DNA from: Andalucia godoyi And28 | Lineage: Eukaryota; Protista; Jakobida | Assembly: GCA_009859145.1 (NCBI GenBank) | Contig: VRVR01000051.1 | Coordinates: 2,549 to 66,548 of the forward strand | Length of the DNA: 64,000 bases | Reading direction: 5' to 3' | In this document: piece after piece, positions 20,183 to 30,998 of the stretch | Position numbering within the stretch: the stretch's first letter is position 1 | How the letters are laid out: every line of letters starts with the position of its first letter | Notes under the pieces: model-generated | Told to the model about the DNA's origin: nothing | Databases searched by the model: none | What the model saw: only the letters and a program-made list of their open reading frames with translations | Position numbers and translations under genes: made by a program

Positions 20183-21400
20183 TCAAACAGCTGGGGTGTA
20201 CTCGATGAACACTTGGTCGCGACTCCAGAGAAGACCATCATTGCTTACCTGGACCATTGCTTGCCCCGGAACAGCGCACTGCGGAACAGTGCACTCGATT
20301 ACAGAGTCCATGTGAAACACGGCTTTCGTGACAACCGCCTTTCCAAACCTGCATTGGAGGTCTTTTGAATTCACAAAGTTTGAGCCAGAAACCAGGATCG
20401 TCTGGGAGAACGTCTGGGGCACGGCAGCTGGGGAGATTTCCCTGACAATGGGTACATTCCCACCGCGTGGCTGTCCCGTGAGGTAGCCGCCCATGCACGT
20501 ATCCATTCCGCCAGAAACGGTGGCGATCTTCGTGTTCGACGTCAAGTTCATAACCGCAACAAACACGGAATACGATCCTGATGAGCCGCACAGGAATGCA
20601 GTGTTGCTTGTTTGATCAATGGTCAGCGTCGAGACGTACCCTCCCAAGCTACCATAGTCCCATCTCCCAAGCAGCTTTCCAGACATCAAATCCAGAATCA
20701 CCATGTAGCTGTCGTTTGGATCCCCAATGAAAATCCTGTCCGATGTCATTCCGACGATCGCAGGTTGCCAAGGAAGCGGCACGTCCGGCGCGCACGCAAG
20801 CTTCATGGCGTCGGTGGATTTTCCATCCAACCGAAGCGAGTACGCGCATGGACACGGCTGCGGAGTGCACGAGCCATACGACGTAAAGTACAAGTAGCCA
20901 GCATTGAAAAACATTCCGTACGATGAAAAGGAGAGCTGTGCAACATGTGTAAACTGCAGCGTATCAGGGTTCAGCGCGTAAATGTCATTCGAACTGGCAA
21001 GTACATACAGAAGCCCGGATACTTCGTCAAACGCAAGATACTGGTCCTGGGACGATCGTTGGATCCACACATAGTCCGATCGACTGGTATTGAGCGGCCT
21101 CCCAGTCGACAACCGCGCCGCTCCAATCCACGGCTGCGGCGACTGCGTCAAGTCCAAGTAAATCCAGTAGACTGCATCCCGTGCAACATCTACCTGGACA
21201 CTGCGCGCATACGGAGCATTTCCGGCATCCCCTTGCACAAGCACCGAGTAGTCCGCACACATTGGAGCCGTGCACTGATGGATGCCAAAATACCCGGATC
21301 GCACATACAAATTCGCACTGCCATCCCCTCCTCGCACTACCGTCGGTAACAATGCCACATACACCACACACACACACACCACAAAAAAAAGCACGTTCAT
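20183..21400 (-). CDS. Secreted protein with a beta-rich (propeller-like) body and C-terminal IPT/TIG domain
   Basis: Signal peptide MNVLFFVVCVCVVYVALLPTVVRG; C-terminal PIVREISP...VSGSNF...LQCRFG...IECTVP...VQVSNDG. Confidence 0.75.
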   Translation of the reverse strand: MNVLFFVVCVCVVYVALLPTVVRGGDGSANLYVRSGYFGIHQCTAPMCADYSVLVQGDAGNAPYARSVQVDVARDAVYWIYLDLTQSPQPWIGAARLSTGRPLNTSRSDYVWIQRSSQDQYLAFDEVSGLLYVLASSNDIYALNPDTLQFTHVAQLSFSSYGMFFNAGYLYFTSYGSCTPQPCPCAYSLRLDGKSTDAMKLACAPDVPLPWQPAIVGMTSDRIFIGDPNDSYMVILDLMSGKLLGRWDYGSLGGYVSTLTIDQTSNTAFLCGSSGSYSVFVAVMNLTSNTKIATVSGGMDTCMGGYLTGQPRGGNVPIVREISPAAVPQTFSQTILVSGSNFVNSKDLQCRFGKAVVTKAVFHMDSVIECTVPQCAVPGQAMVQVSNDGLLWSRDQVFIEYTPAV

Positions 21401-22100
21401 GTCAGAATACGAACAGCGTTTGCAGCAAAGCACGAAAAACAGAAGACAAGGAAAGGAAAACACAGGAAGGAAAAGGAAAAAGAAAAACAGGTAAAAGAAC
21501 CGCTGCCGCTTATTGCGATTTCATGACGCAATCTGAAGCGCACGTAAACAGAACCACTGCCACGCACCATGCCGCATGCGTTTGTTATCTTAACAGCTCT
21601 GTCACACGATGCCCGATTCGTTTCGCCCCATTTTGATCATGAAATCCCTATATAAACACGCCGCCGCGTTGCATTATGCATGTTGTTGGGTTGCAGCATT
21701 GATTATGGGTGATCAGCGATGATTATCCGTGGTTAGGTAATGTACAATGTAGACGAGCGCAGGAGGCAAACGCTCCGCTGCAGCATCGCCGGCTGTAGAC
21801 GAGACTTTTTTCCCCGAGGGAATTCCCAGCGGCTTTGAGCTGTTTTGCCATTACACACAGCACTTCTTCACACATTCACCCATTCTCGAGTCTTGCTGTC
21901 TTTTGTTCTTCTCGGACTCGTTTCTTCGCTCCTTCTTTTTGAAAATTCCTATTCACGTCTTTGTCTCCCGTTGCGTCTCTCTGCATTACTACCGCTTCAC
22001 TATAATTGTTATTGTGGTTACTTTACACTTTTTGGAGGAAGCCTAATCAGGATTGCTCAAACATTTTTACACAAGCTGAAACGAGCGGGAAGAAGAAGAA

Positions 22101-25100
22101 ATGGTCGTTGATCCTAGCCGCGACCCAATGCGACTGATTCGCAACAAGAGACTGCAGCTGGTGTCTTCTCTGGAGTCAAATACGTTGGTGGAGTTCACGG
22201 AGCATCCTTCACTTGTGACGCGCTTTGCAGTTCAAATTACAGCTGCGCCGCCTTCGCCGCTGATGTACATTGAGCGAATTGCGCAGATTCTCAAAGAGGA
22301 GTTTTCGTCTAAGCTTGTGGACTCTTATATCCATCTTTCCTCGAACGAGTTATTCTCAGTAACCGTCTTTCCCGAATTGTACTTGTCAAGATCAGATGCT
22401 TATCGACTAACGCAGTACGTGCAACTCAGACTGCTCATCGATGAACCGTCTACTCCGTGGGTCGAAATCGTGTCGGCGTCGTTGTTTTCAGAAGATGCAC
22501 AGATCCCTGTGTATTTGTCCAGCGTATTTGGATCGAGATTGACTCTGTCTGCCGTGTCTCCATTCATGGTCTCGCAACTGACTGTTCAAATGACGAGTGT
22601 CTCTTCATCCTCATCCTCATCTTCATCCTCACTATCAACGTCCGCGGTTGGAAGCAATGTATCCGACAATGCGGCTAGAAGCGAACTGTTCCCTAATTCA
22701 CTCCCTCTCAGCTCGGTCTTGTCTGTCAACTCCCAGGAGTACTCCTCCAGTCACGGGGAAGGAACCGGTGGCGATGCCATCGTTGCGCAGTTTCCGGGAA
22801 ATTCCCCTGTGCATCTGGTCAAGACTCCGTCGTTCTGCGCAGTCGATTTGTCCTCCGCCTCTGCTGCCTCTACGAACTGCCCGCGAGAAATCCTGCTCTC
22901 TGAACACCCGATAGATCACATGATGGTGTTTGCCCGGACGTGTTTGTATTTGTCCGACTCCGATGTAGATATTCTAAGAAAAGAGTCTCGTGTGTGCCAG
23001 CTTGCTGCGACACTAGATTCCAAAGCTGTTACGCTGTGGAATCGCTCGGAAACTTTGCCAAAGGAAACCACGAGCATTGTAGCTGTTGGATCGAGTTCTC
23101 AAGAGTCGCCGTACTCCCTCACAACATTCACGGGCTCGGTTTTCCTGGAGAGGATGTCGAGAGAGCTCAATACCCTGGCAGCTTTGCAAGGAACAAATGG
23201 AAACAACAGCACCACAGCTCATGCTGATTCCAATGAAGGAGCTGCCCGCAGATCAAGCGCAGCCTCGGCAGAGAATATGGGTGCGGATGAGTTTGTCCAC
23301 CTAGACAAGCTCAAGACTCCCAATCTTTCCATTGTCGAAATTCACGCAGGTTCTGACTTTTTGGTCATGAGAGATATCGTCGGTGCGGTGTACACGGTTG
23401 GTTCTCCTGCTTCCGGTCGCTTGGGGAGACCAGTGTCTGCGCCAAATCCTTCTGCAGATGTCTTATCACGAGTACTTGCCGTCGCAAATCCAGTTATCCA
23501 AGTTGTCGGAGGACACTCCCATACTCTGGTTCTGACGGATCAGGGTGAGTTGTGGGGCTGGGGTGCCAACTACCAAGGACAGCTCGCAACAGCGGTTGTA
23601 AAGGAACACCAGCAGGGGAGCGCGCGAATCATGTTGCCGGAGCTCCCTTTTGCTGCAGTTCCTCAAAGGATTCAGCTTCCGGCTTTCCCCGTGCATGCTA
23701 TCGCGGCAGGCGAGTCTTTCTGTGCCGCCATTGCCGGGCCGCGACGCGAAGTCTTTGCGTGGGGTGGCTCGTGGGGCCACCAGCCCCGCATGATTCCAAA
23801 GCTCGAAAAGGTGCGGTGGGTCTCGTGTGGCGGATCGACAGACAGCCCGTTTGTCGTCGCATGCCAAGATCTGCATCCGCGTGGCGATCTTTTGCACGTC
23901 TACGGTCCACCGTTTGGATGCGTGGGGCCCAATGCGCAAGCGCTGAAGATTGATCTGGAGTCTTCAGGTTCTGTCTTCCTGTCGGCGAGCTGCGGTGTCT
24001 CCAGAGGAATTGCGTTCTTTGTTGTCCACACTGCAGATGGCCTCATTTTCGTGATCAAGGCCAAGTCGTTGAAGGAAGGTGGAGATCCATTTGAAGTGAT
24101 TGAAGTGCCGTTCTTTGAAGCTGCGCAGATTCGCGTGTCACATCTCTCTTGTTGCAACACATTTGCAGCCGCGGTGTCGGATGACGGTGATGTTTATGTA
24201 TGGGGTGACTTTTTGGGATCTCCGTCGCCTTCGCCTTCCATTACGCCTAGACACTCCATGCCCAACATGCATGCGCAAAGCGAAGCGGACATGTCACACA
24301 CCACAGCAAACTTCGGCCTTGGAAGCCACAATCACGGCTCTTCATCGTCTTCCTCATCCGTGTCGACGCCGCAGTCCGCAGGAGCGAACGCCAAGGCTCC
24401 TACATCGCATGCACAAGGACAGCACACTCCGAATTCAGCACCGGTGCGCTCGCCATCGTATCACACGTCGTTTGGAACTTCGACAACCTCGACCCATACA
24501 GATCAGTGTGATATTTCATTGTTTGAACCGGCGCCTGTCAAGTTTTCGTCATTTGAAGGGAAGCACGTCCGCAAAGCATATGTCATTGATTCCTCGGAAT
24601 TTGGCAGAAGCATGATCGCTCTTTGCGAACGGAATCCATCATCGCGCTCAAAGCTGATTCGTCGATTTGTCAGTGACGAACGACTCTACAATAGTCGGCT
24701 GCGGAGACTCTGCGACCAAGTGTGGGCGTCGACTGGTAAGTATCTAAGCAACATTGTGCCAAATCACACTCTGCTTTTGCTGTCGTTGCAAGAGTGGTGC
24801 CATCAGTTCTACCTGTTTCCAAGGTTCTCATCTGTGTTTTCACGGTTCTCCCGGAAAATCGCAGTCGCCCACCGAGATTTTGTGCTCGCAAGAAACGACC
24901 TGAAATCATTCATTGCATCCCATTCCGCAATTCACCGCATGGCGTTCTACGAACATTTCTTTTATCAATTGCTGAAAGTGACTCCGGTAGATCATCCGGA
25001 TAGACATGCCTGCAAAGAGGTGCTTGACTTTGTGTCGTCGTACTGCAAGTTCTTGTATTCGTCAATGGATCGATACTCGGGCCGTCATAACGATGTTGGT

Positions 25101-27200
25101 CTTGCGGATGGCTGGGGTACGTGGCACTCGCACCGGGGAGATGTGTTTGAAGGTTTCTTTTCCAATCACTTCCCGTATAGATTCGGAATGTTCTGCGATG
25201 CTTCGTCAAACACTCAACGACCGGGGAATGAATTCACCGATCGTCCCTCCGTCCCGTCTGCTGGTGGCATGAAATCTGCTTCCGCCGCAGGGGCCACGAC
25301 GCTCAAAACACTGCTTGCCCAGGCCATGGTAACCTCCTCCAAGGACGTTGTTCCATCCGGTATGGGCGGCGCATCTGCGCGGTCCTTGTCCACAGGCGGA
25401 TCAGACGGCGGTGAATACATTGGTGGATTTTGGAAGGGTCTTCGTGATGGATACGGAGTATACACTTCGCGTGTTACTGGTGAGAGGTATATCGGCATGT
25501 GGAGTCACGGACTTCCTCACGGCAGGGGCGTTTGGCTGACTGCCTCGGGGGAAATTTTGCTCAGCTATTTTGATCAGGCTCGCATTGCTTCTTGTCGACC
25601 AGATGCACTGTCGGAATGCATGGTTGCCCAAAGCAATGCTGGCTGGAACGGAGGTCTGGTTGTGCCTTTGTCCTCTCCTGCGTCTCCGACCCCGACTTCC
25701 CCGACCCCGACCCCGGCGTCTCCCACATCGCCCGTTTCTTCTGGCATGCAAGGCATCTCCTCCCCTTTGCTGCCAGGCGACTTGACACTGTTGACTACGG
25801 TGCAGGCGTCGTTCCCTCCAGCTTCCTCTCTGAGTCTCCTGCGGTCCATGCCGGATGGCGAGGTTTGCTTGATGGTTTTTTCTGCATCTCCATTTGTGTT
25901 GTCGGGAAGATTTTCCCAGAAGGGATCCATATTGGATCCTGTGAAGAAGCGTGGCGAAGTCGTTGTTGGTGACGGATCTTCCGTTTTTCGTTTGTTTGGA
26001 GAATCGGAGGACTTCTCGTTGAACTCAACTGTTCAGAAGATTGTTCACGGTTTGTTGACTCCTTCGCACGATTTGTTAGAGCGATTCTCATACTTCTCGT
26101 CTGCTGTTTCACATTTCAAGAGATCCGAGCCGCATTCCACGCTCGCCGCAGAATGCAAGTCTGCCCTGAAGAGGATTGACGACAGTGGATCTGTAATGAA
26201 TTGCAGCTGCCGCCTCTGCGGTGAATCGATTGATATTGAACGAGATGCACAGGGCGACAGCCAGCAGTACCTGACGTTGATGAAACGGGGAACATTACTG
26301 CACATTCGATGCTTGTTTGCAGTTCTCAAAAGCCTGTCGAACTCGAAGTCGCACGTTCATGTCGACGACTTCCTTGCCGCAGTCCGACAAATGTCCGTTT
26401 GTGGTCCGGAGAGTCGAATGCCTGACGAAGCCATCTATGAGTTCTGGATCCAAGCGATGTCAGATCCGCTCATTTGGGCTTGTCGCTTTGCAGAAACATG
26501 TGCTCGCGAGTATCGTTTGAAACTGCACGACCTGTCTCCGTCCCCTGTTGCCCTGCGGTTGGCCGTACTGGATCCCATCCAAGTCGAGAACATGTACGAG
26601 CAGTTCTGCGGCAAGGAGCGAATGGACTATTCTCGCTACGGTCAATTCTGTTTTGCACAGGCTCTTGCATCGCAGTATGCACGATTCGAGTGGTGCGGAC
26701 GCGAGGCCTTCTTGCTCTACGAGCGCCGGTATGCGCACCAAGATGCCCTTTGCAATGCAGCAATCAAGCGTCTTACGACTTCGCTGCCGACAGATTTCGG
26801 TGTACGCAAGGAATTCTCTCTCCAAACCAGCCCGGACGTGGTTCCTTATCTGGCGGCAATCCGGTTCTTCTCCAATTTGTTCTTCACAAATCTGTCGCCT
26901 TTTGATTTGCTGGATGTGTTGGTGATTGGGAAATACTGGATCAACGCCTGTTGGTTGATACATTTTGAGAACAGTGGCGAGGCCGTCAAAGCTGCGGGCG
27001 GTGACGAGACCCGGCCACTCTACTGGTACTGCCTGGTGCGAGCGCAGATTCCGAACCTGTATTCCAAGATGATGTACTTGTCGCAGTTCTATGCGGCGCG
27101 CCAACTTTCAAACGTTTTGCCTCCTGAGCGTACCGGAGTGTATGATATGGTACTTGCCGATATGGAAGGATGCTGCCAGTTCCTTCTTCAGCAAGAGTAG
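22101..27200 (+). CDS. Alsin-like protein: RCC1 repeats + DH-like + MORN + VPS9
   Basis: RCC1 repeats (GGHSHTLVLTDQGELWGWGANYQGQL), DH-like segments (FVSDERLYNSRL; QLLKVTPVDHPD), MORN repeats (YIGGFWKGLRDGYG; YIGMWSHGLPHGRG) and VPS9-like GGDETRPLYWYCLVRAQIPNLYSKMMYL. Confidence 0.8.
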   Translation: MVVDPSRDPMRLIRNKRLQLVSSLESNTLVEFTEHPSLVTRFAVQITAAPPSPLMYIERIAQILKEEFSSKLVDSYIHLSSNELFSVTVFPELYLSRSDAYRLTQYVQLRLLIDEPSTPWVEIVSASLFSEDAQIPVYLSSVFGSRLTLSAVSPFMVSQLTVQMTSVSSSSSSSSSSLSTSAVGSNVSDNAARSELFPNSLPLSSVLSVNSQEYSSSHGEGTGGDAIVAQFPGNSPVHLVKTPSFCAVDLSSASAASTNCPREILLSEHPIDHMMVFARTCLYLSDSDVDILRKESRVCQLAATLDSKAVTLWNRSETLPKETTSIVAVGSSSQESPYSLTTFTGSVFLERMSRELNTLAALQGTNGNNSTTAHADSNEGAARRSSAASAENMGADEFVHLDKLKTPNLSIVEIHAGSDFLVMRDIVGAVYTVGSPASGRLGRPVSAPNPSADVLSRVLAVANPVIQVVGGHSHTLVLTDQGELWGWGANYQGQLATAVVKEHQQGSARIMLPELPFAAVPQRIQLPAFPVHAIAAGESFCAAIAGPRREVFAWGGSWGHQPRMIPKLEKVRWVSCGGSTDSPFVVACQDLHPRGDLLHVYGPPFGCVGPNAQALKIDLESSGSVFLSASCGVSRGIAFFVVHTADGLIFVIKAKSLKEGGDPFEVIEVPFFEAAQIRVSHLSCCNTFAAAVSDDGDVYVWGDFLGSPSPSPSITPRHSMPNMHAQSEADMSHTTANFGLGSHNHGSSSSSSSVSTPQSAGANAKAPTSHAQGQHTPNSAPVRSPSYHTSFGTSTTSTHTDQCDISLFEPAPVKFSSFEGKHVRKAYVIDSSEFGRSMIALCERNPSSRSKLIRRFVSDERLYNSRLRRLCDQVWASTGKYLSNIVPNHTLLLLSLQEWCHQFYLFPRFSSVFSRFSRKIAVAHRDFVLARNDLKSFIASHSAIHRMAFYEHFFYQLLKVTPVDHPDRHACKEVLDFVSSYCKFLYSSMDRYSGRHNDVGLADGWGTWHSHRGDVFEGFFSNHFPYRFGMFCDASSNTQRPGNEFTDRPSVPSAGGMKSASAAGATTLKTLLAQAMVTSSKDVVPSGMGGASARSLSTGGSDGGEYIGGFWKGLRDGYGVYTSRVTGERYIGMWSHGLPHGRGVWLTASGEILLSYFDQARIASCRPDALSECMVAQSNAGWNGGLVVPLSSPASPTPTSPTPTPASPTSPVSSGMQGISSPLLPGDLTLLTTVQASFPPASSLSLLRSMPDGEVCLMVFSASPFVLSGRFSQKGSILDPVKKRGEVVVGDGSSVFRLFGESEDFSLNSTVQKIVHGLLTPSHDLLERFSYFSSAVSHFKRSEPHSTLAAECKSALKRIDDSGSVMNCSCRLCGESIDIERDAQGDSQQYLTLMKRGTLLHIRCLFAVLKSLSNSKSHVHVDDFLAAVRQMSVCGPESRMPDEAIYEFWIQAMSDPLIWACRFAETCAREYRLKLHDLSPSPVALRLAVLDPIQVENMYEQFCGKERMDYSRYGQFCFAQALASQYARFEWCGREAFLLYERRYAHQDALCNAAIKRLTTSLPTDFGVRKEFSLQTSPDVVPYLAAIRFFSNLFFTNLSPFDLLDVLVIGKYWINACWLIHFENSGEAVKAAGGDETRPLYWYCLVRAQIPNLYSKMMYLSQFYAARQLSNVLPPERTGVYDMVLADMEGCCQFLLQQE

Positions 27201-27500
27201 TTTGTTTGTTTGTTTGCTTGTGATATTGTTGCACGTCCTCCATCCCCTGAACTTTGTCTTTTGCCTCTTTTCGTGTTTTTTTGTTTTGTTTTGCTTTGCT
27301 TGTTTTTTTGTGTTTCACAACATTTTTACCTGTACAAAGAAAGAAAAAGAAGAAAAACCGAAAGTACATTCTGCATGTTTTCTCTCATCTTCCCAGCAAA
27401 CGTGTTTTTTTTTTTTCTTCTTCTTCTTGTCCCCTTCTACTTCCTCCTCAAAAGCCACCCCTCCGACTGCCTCCCCAGCGGAGGAATTCGTAGCTCATTC

Positions 27501-29492
27501 TCAATACCAACCGAGTATTTTCCACCAGATGAGACCAACTCCGAGCCAAACAACACAGTGCACAATCGACACAAGAAAACCGACAGCGAACCACCGAGAG
27601 GTCGAGGTGGCTTTGAAGCCAAAGTATATGATGATCGGACCACTCGAGAACGTGGTCAAACACGCACAGAGGCAGCTCATATGCGCAAGCAGTGCTGTCA
27701 GCAAGAACGGAGGAACGGCCAGCATTCGTCCGACATTCATGAACAGCGGAACAAAGCACGTAATGTGAGCAGTAATCATACTGAACGAGTACATACTGTA
27801 AAAATAAATAACAGAAAGAAGAACGCACGTCAAGACTTTGGAGGCGAGCTCCAAATCTCGGACGAAATAGAACACTTGCTCAGCGACCCACGGAAGGAAT
27901 CCTAGTTCGGAAAGACCTTCGGCAAGCGACAGGATTCCGCCCAGCCAAATCAGACAATCGAACGCGCTGCTTTGTCGAATGATGTCATCCCAAGTCAGGA
28001 CGCCGAAAAATACCAGAGATGCCACTGCAGCCAGTGCCGCCACGGCGGTATCCACCGAGTACACCTGACCAGACACCGCCCAGACGAGGACAAGAATCAA
28101 AAACACCATCGCCAGCAATTTTTCCTTTCGGCTCAGAGCTCCCAGCTGAGACAGCATTTGCTCAGCATGATTGCGAGCATCGGAAGAACTGAGATACGAA
28201 TCGGAGATGCGCTTTCGAAATTGTCCAAATGCATTATGCGTCATCGCGGCGCGCTGGTAAACGGCAGAAGCTGAGGTCCGTGGACTTGCTGGTGCTGCTG
28301 CCGAGGAGCCTTTCAGCTTGCCCGGTGCTGGAAGAAACGCGACGAGCGCATACAAAAAGATGGGGACAATGAAAAACGAGACAAGCGCGGGAAGGACGGA
28401 CGACTCCAGCCATTCGATCCACCCAAAGTCGATCTGCAGCTCTGTCTTTGCGGCTTTTGACACCAGCACATTCGGCGCGCTTCCGGTCAGGACGTATGCA
28501 GCACTGATCAGATTGCAGTGCGCGCCGCACAGGATGAGAAACGCTCGAGACCGCCACTGCTGCTCTGTCTTTGGCTCCACAGACTGAACACCCGGCGCCT
28601 CTCCATGCCCAGGCTCATGCCCATGTCCGTATGCATGCCCAGGCGGTTGCTTGATACCGCCTTCGCTGGTGTGTGTCCGTTGCATCTCGATGTCATTGAC
28701 GGACTGTAGCATTGTGTTGCACAGACTGAACACAATCGGAGCCAATATTCCTCCTCCTCGAGCGGTGTTTGACGGGACGATCAGGGCCAGGAAGGCCTCT
28801 GCGACGGCAAACGAGAGCCCAAGCCCCAACAACGACTTTCCCAGCTTGACCATGACCGTCAAGGCGATTCGTCTTCCGAGGCCGGTCTTTTCCACCGCTG
28901 TCGACAGCAAAAACGCCGCCACAACAAGCCAAACCGTCGAGTCTCCGAATCCCGCAAAGATCTGTTGTGAGTTCAGCGTGTGTGTGAACCCGGCAATGCA
29001 CAACGACACGACTGTCACTTGACCCATAGGATACGGATGCAACAGAAAGCCCAAAATCGTAGACACGAAAATCCCAAAGCAGAACCAAGCGGCAAGCGAC
29101 AAACTCGGCGGTCGCGGAACCAGCAGAATCAGAACCGCAAACACATAGCACAGCACGAGCTTTGTAAATGGCGTGCAAAGCACCGACTTCCATAACGGAC
29201 GTCTTGCAGCTGCCGTCCTCACTCCCGCTGCTGCCATAGATATAGTCGATGGCGGTGTCATGAACAACGTATTGGAAGCGGGAGGCGCCGAATATAGAGT
29301 CGAAGGTGATGACACTGTTCCTGCACCCGTCATCGCACTCAACAGAGACGCACCACCGCTACTACTCCCATCATCATCATCATCATCATCAACATTAGTC
29401 AACTTGCTCTCATCAACTCGGTCATGATCGACGTCACCGTCATCGCGACTCGCAAGCATCGGCGTATGCTCTTCAAACTCTTGGTCATCCAT
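27501..29492 (-). CDS. DASS (divalent anion:Na+ symporter) transporter, 2-oxoglutarate/malate translocator (DiT/CitT-like) type
   Basis: GFGDSTVWLVVAAF, TGLGRRIAL, PSNTARGGGILAPI, LTGSAPN, YFYSMYSFSMITAHI and TTFSSGP. ATG at 29492. Confidence 0.88.
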   Translation of the reverse strand: MDDQEFEEHTPMLASRDDGDVDHDRVDESKLTNVDDDDDDDGSSSGGASLLSAMTGAGTVSSPSTLYSAPPASNTLFMTPPSTISMAAAGVRTAAARRPLWKSVLCTPFTKLVLCYVFAVLILLVPRPPSLSLAAWFCFGIFVSTILGFLLHPYPMGQVTVVSLCIAGFTHTLNSQQIFAGFGDSTVWLVVAAFLLSTAVEKTGLGRRIALTVMVKLGKSLLGLGLSFAVAEAFLALIVPSNTARGGGILAPIVFSLCNTMLQSVNDIEMQRTHTSEGGIKQPPGHAYGHGHEPGHGEAPGVQSVEPKTEQQWRSRAFLILCGAHCNLISAAYVLTGSAPNVLVSKAAKTELQIDFGWIEWLESSVLPALVSFFIVPIFLYALVAFLPAPGKLKGSSAAAPASPRTSASAVYQRAAMTHNAFGQFRKRISDSYLSSSDARNHAEQMLSQLGALSRKEKLLAMVFLILVLVWAVSGQVYSVDTAVAALAAVASLVFFGVLTWDDIIRQSSAFDCLIWLGGILSLAEGLSELGFLPWVAEQVFYFVRDLELASKVLTCVLLSVIYFYSMYSFSMITAHITCFVPLFMNVGRMLAVPPFLLTALLAHMSCLCACLTTFSSGPIIIYFGFKATSTSRWFAVGFLVSIVHCVVWLGVGLIWWKILGWY

Positions 29493-29835
29493 CTCGCAGA
29501 TTCTTCTTCTTTTGTTCGTCCCTCTGCGGGTCCTTTCGAGGATGCAGTCGTCGAATGAGAGAACTCCGCAAGTTTCTTCTGCAGAGTGCGGACGATTAGA
29601 GCATCGTTCGTTCGACGGGGCCATCGGGGATTTTGTGCCAAAACGGGGAAAATTCCCGGCTTTGTCTGTTGGTTCCTTAGTTATTTACTATGTTTTTGGT
29701 TCTTCGTTCGACGCGTTAAGCATCGTCTGTGCATCTGATCTTCTTTTCGTTTATGTACGCTGGACTCTGGAGTGCAGAGCGCGGACAAGTTCGAGGAAAA
29801 AGGAAAAGGTAAAAGGTAAAAGAAAAGGCAAGAGG

Positions 29836-30885
29836 ATGTGGCGGGCTGTTGGAGTGCTCGTTGTCGCTGCATTGGTTCTAGCATCGTCGACCGCGCCAAC
29901 GTACTTGTTCTACGACGAGTTTGACAGGCTTGATTTGCGCGTTTGGAAGCCAAAGGTGACGATGGACGGCGGAGGAAACGGCGAGTTTGAGGTTTACTTG
30001 AACAATCGGACGAATGCGTATGTGAGGAATTCGGTGTTGTACATTAGACCAACTTTGCTGTCGGACGCTCTTGGCGAAGGCAACATCGAGGCTGGATTCA
30101 CGATGGATCTATGGGGTGAAGATGTGAACGTAGGCTGCACGTCGAACTGGAACGGCGGGTGCGTCAAGTCTTCGCAGTCTGCGGGTCTTATTCTTCCTCC
30201 TATTCAATCTGCCTCGCTGCGGACAATTGACTCGATGAGTTTCCGGTACGGGACAATGGAAACCCGAGCAAAGCTGCCAAGGGGCCAGTGGCTGTGGCCT
30301 GCAATTTGGCTCTTGCCGAAGTGGGGTCAGTATGGAGGATGGCCCGCATCTGGAGAAATCGACATTATGGAAGCCCGCGGAAACCTCGGGGTCAAGGAGT
30401 TTGGATCGACTCTGCACTGGGGACCGATGGGCGGACAGGATCCATGGTGGAAGACACATCAGGACTTCCAGTTGCCCAACGGCGGGTCTCTTGCAGACGA
30501 CTTCTACGTCTACGGGCTCTCCTGGAACTCGACTGGCATTGAAACGTACATCTACGGAGACAATCTTGCAAAGCACACAGTCCTCGACGTCTCATTTGCA
30601 GACATTCAGTCGTTTTGGGATCTCGGAGGATGGGAGTCGACGTATAGCAATCCGTGGGCTGGGAATGAGCCTTGGGCACCGTTCGACCAAGAATTCTACA
30701 TTATTTTAAACGTTGCAGTTGGAGGCACTGGCGGATACTGGAGCGATGGATACGACAACAAGCCATGGAACAACAGCGATCCACTGGCGATGAACGCCTT
30801 CTGGAAGGCTCGAAACGAATGGTATTTGACTTGGAATGGTGAAGACGCTGCACTTCAGATTGACTGGATCAAAGTCTGGCAGTGA
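29836..30885 (+). CDS. Secreted GH16 beta-1,3-glucanase (beta-glucan-recognition-protein type)
   Basis: Signal peptide; catalytic WPASGEIDIMEARG, LPRGQWLWPAIWLLP, PFDQEFYIILNVAVGG and LQIDWIKVWQ. Confidence 0.93.
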   Translation: MWRAVGVLVVAALVLASSTAPTYLFYDEFDRLDLRVWKPKVTMDGGGNGEFEVYLNNRTNAYVRNSVLYIRPTLLSDALGEGNIEAGFTMDLWGEDVNVGCTSNWNGGCVKSSQSAGLILPPIQSASLRTIDSMSFRYGTMETRAKLPRGQWLWPAIWLLPKWGQYGGWPASGEIDIMEARGNLGVKEFGSTLHWGPMGGQDPWWKTHQDFQLPNGGSLADDFYVYGLSWNSTGIETYIYGDNLAKHTVLDVSFADIQSFWDLGGWESTYSNPWAGNEPWAPFDQEFYIILNVAVGGTGGYWSDGYDNKPWNNSDPLAMNAFWKARNEWYLTWNGEDAALQIDWIKVWQ

Positions 30886-30998
30886 GGTTAGGATCGACCA
30901 AAAAAGAAGAAGGAAAGGGGGGGAATCACGAAAGAAAAATAGCAAGCATTTTCGTCTCCTATCCCAAATTATTATTTATTAAATTAAAAAAACAAGTC

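Noticed and set aside
26565-26574. GTACTGGATC in the alsin-like gene matches the first 10 nt of the flank (candidate guide) after Fanzor copy 2
   Set aside because: A 10-nt match is expected about 0.1 times by chance on both strands of 64 kb, and the match ends at position 11.
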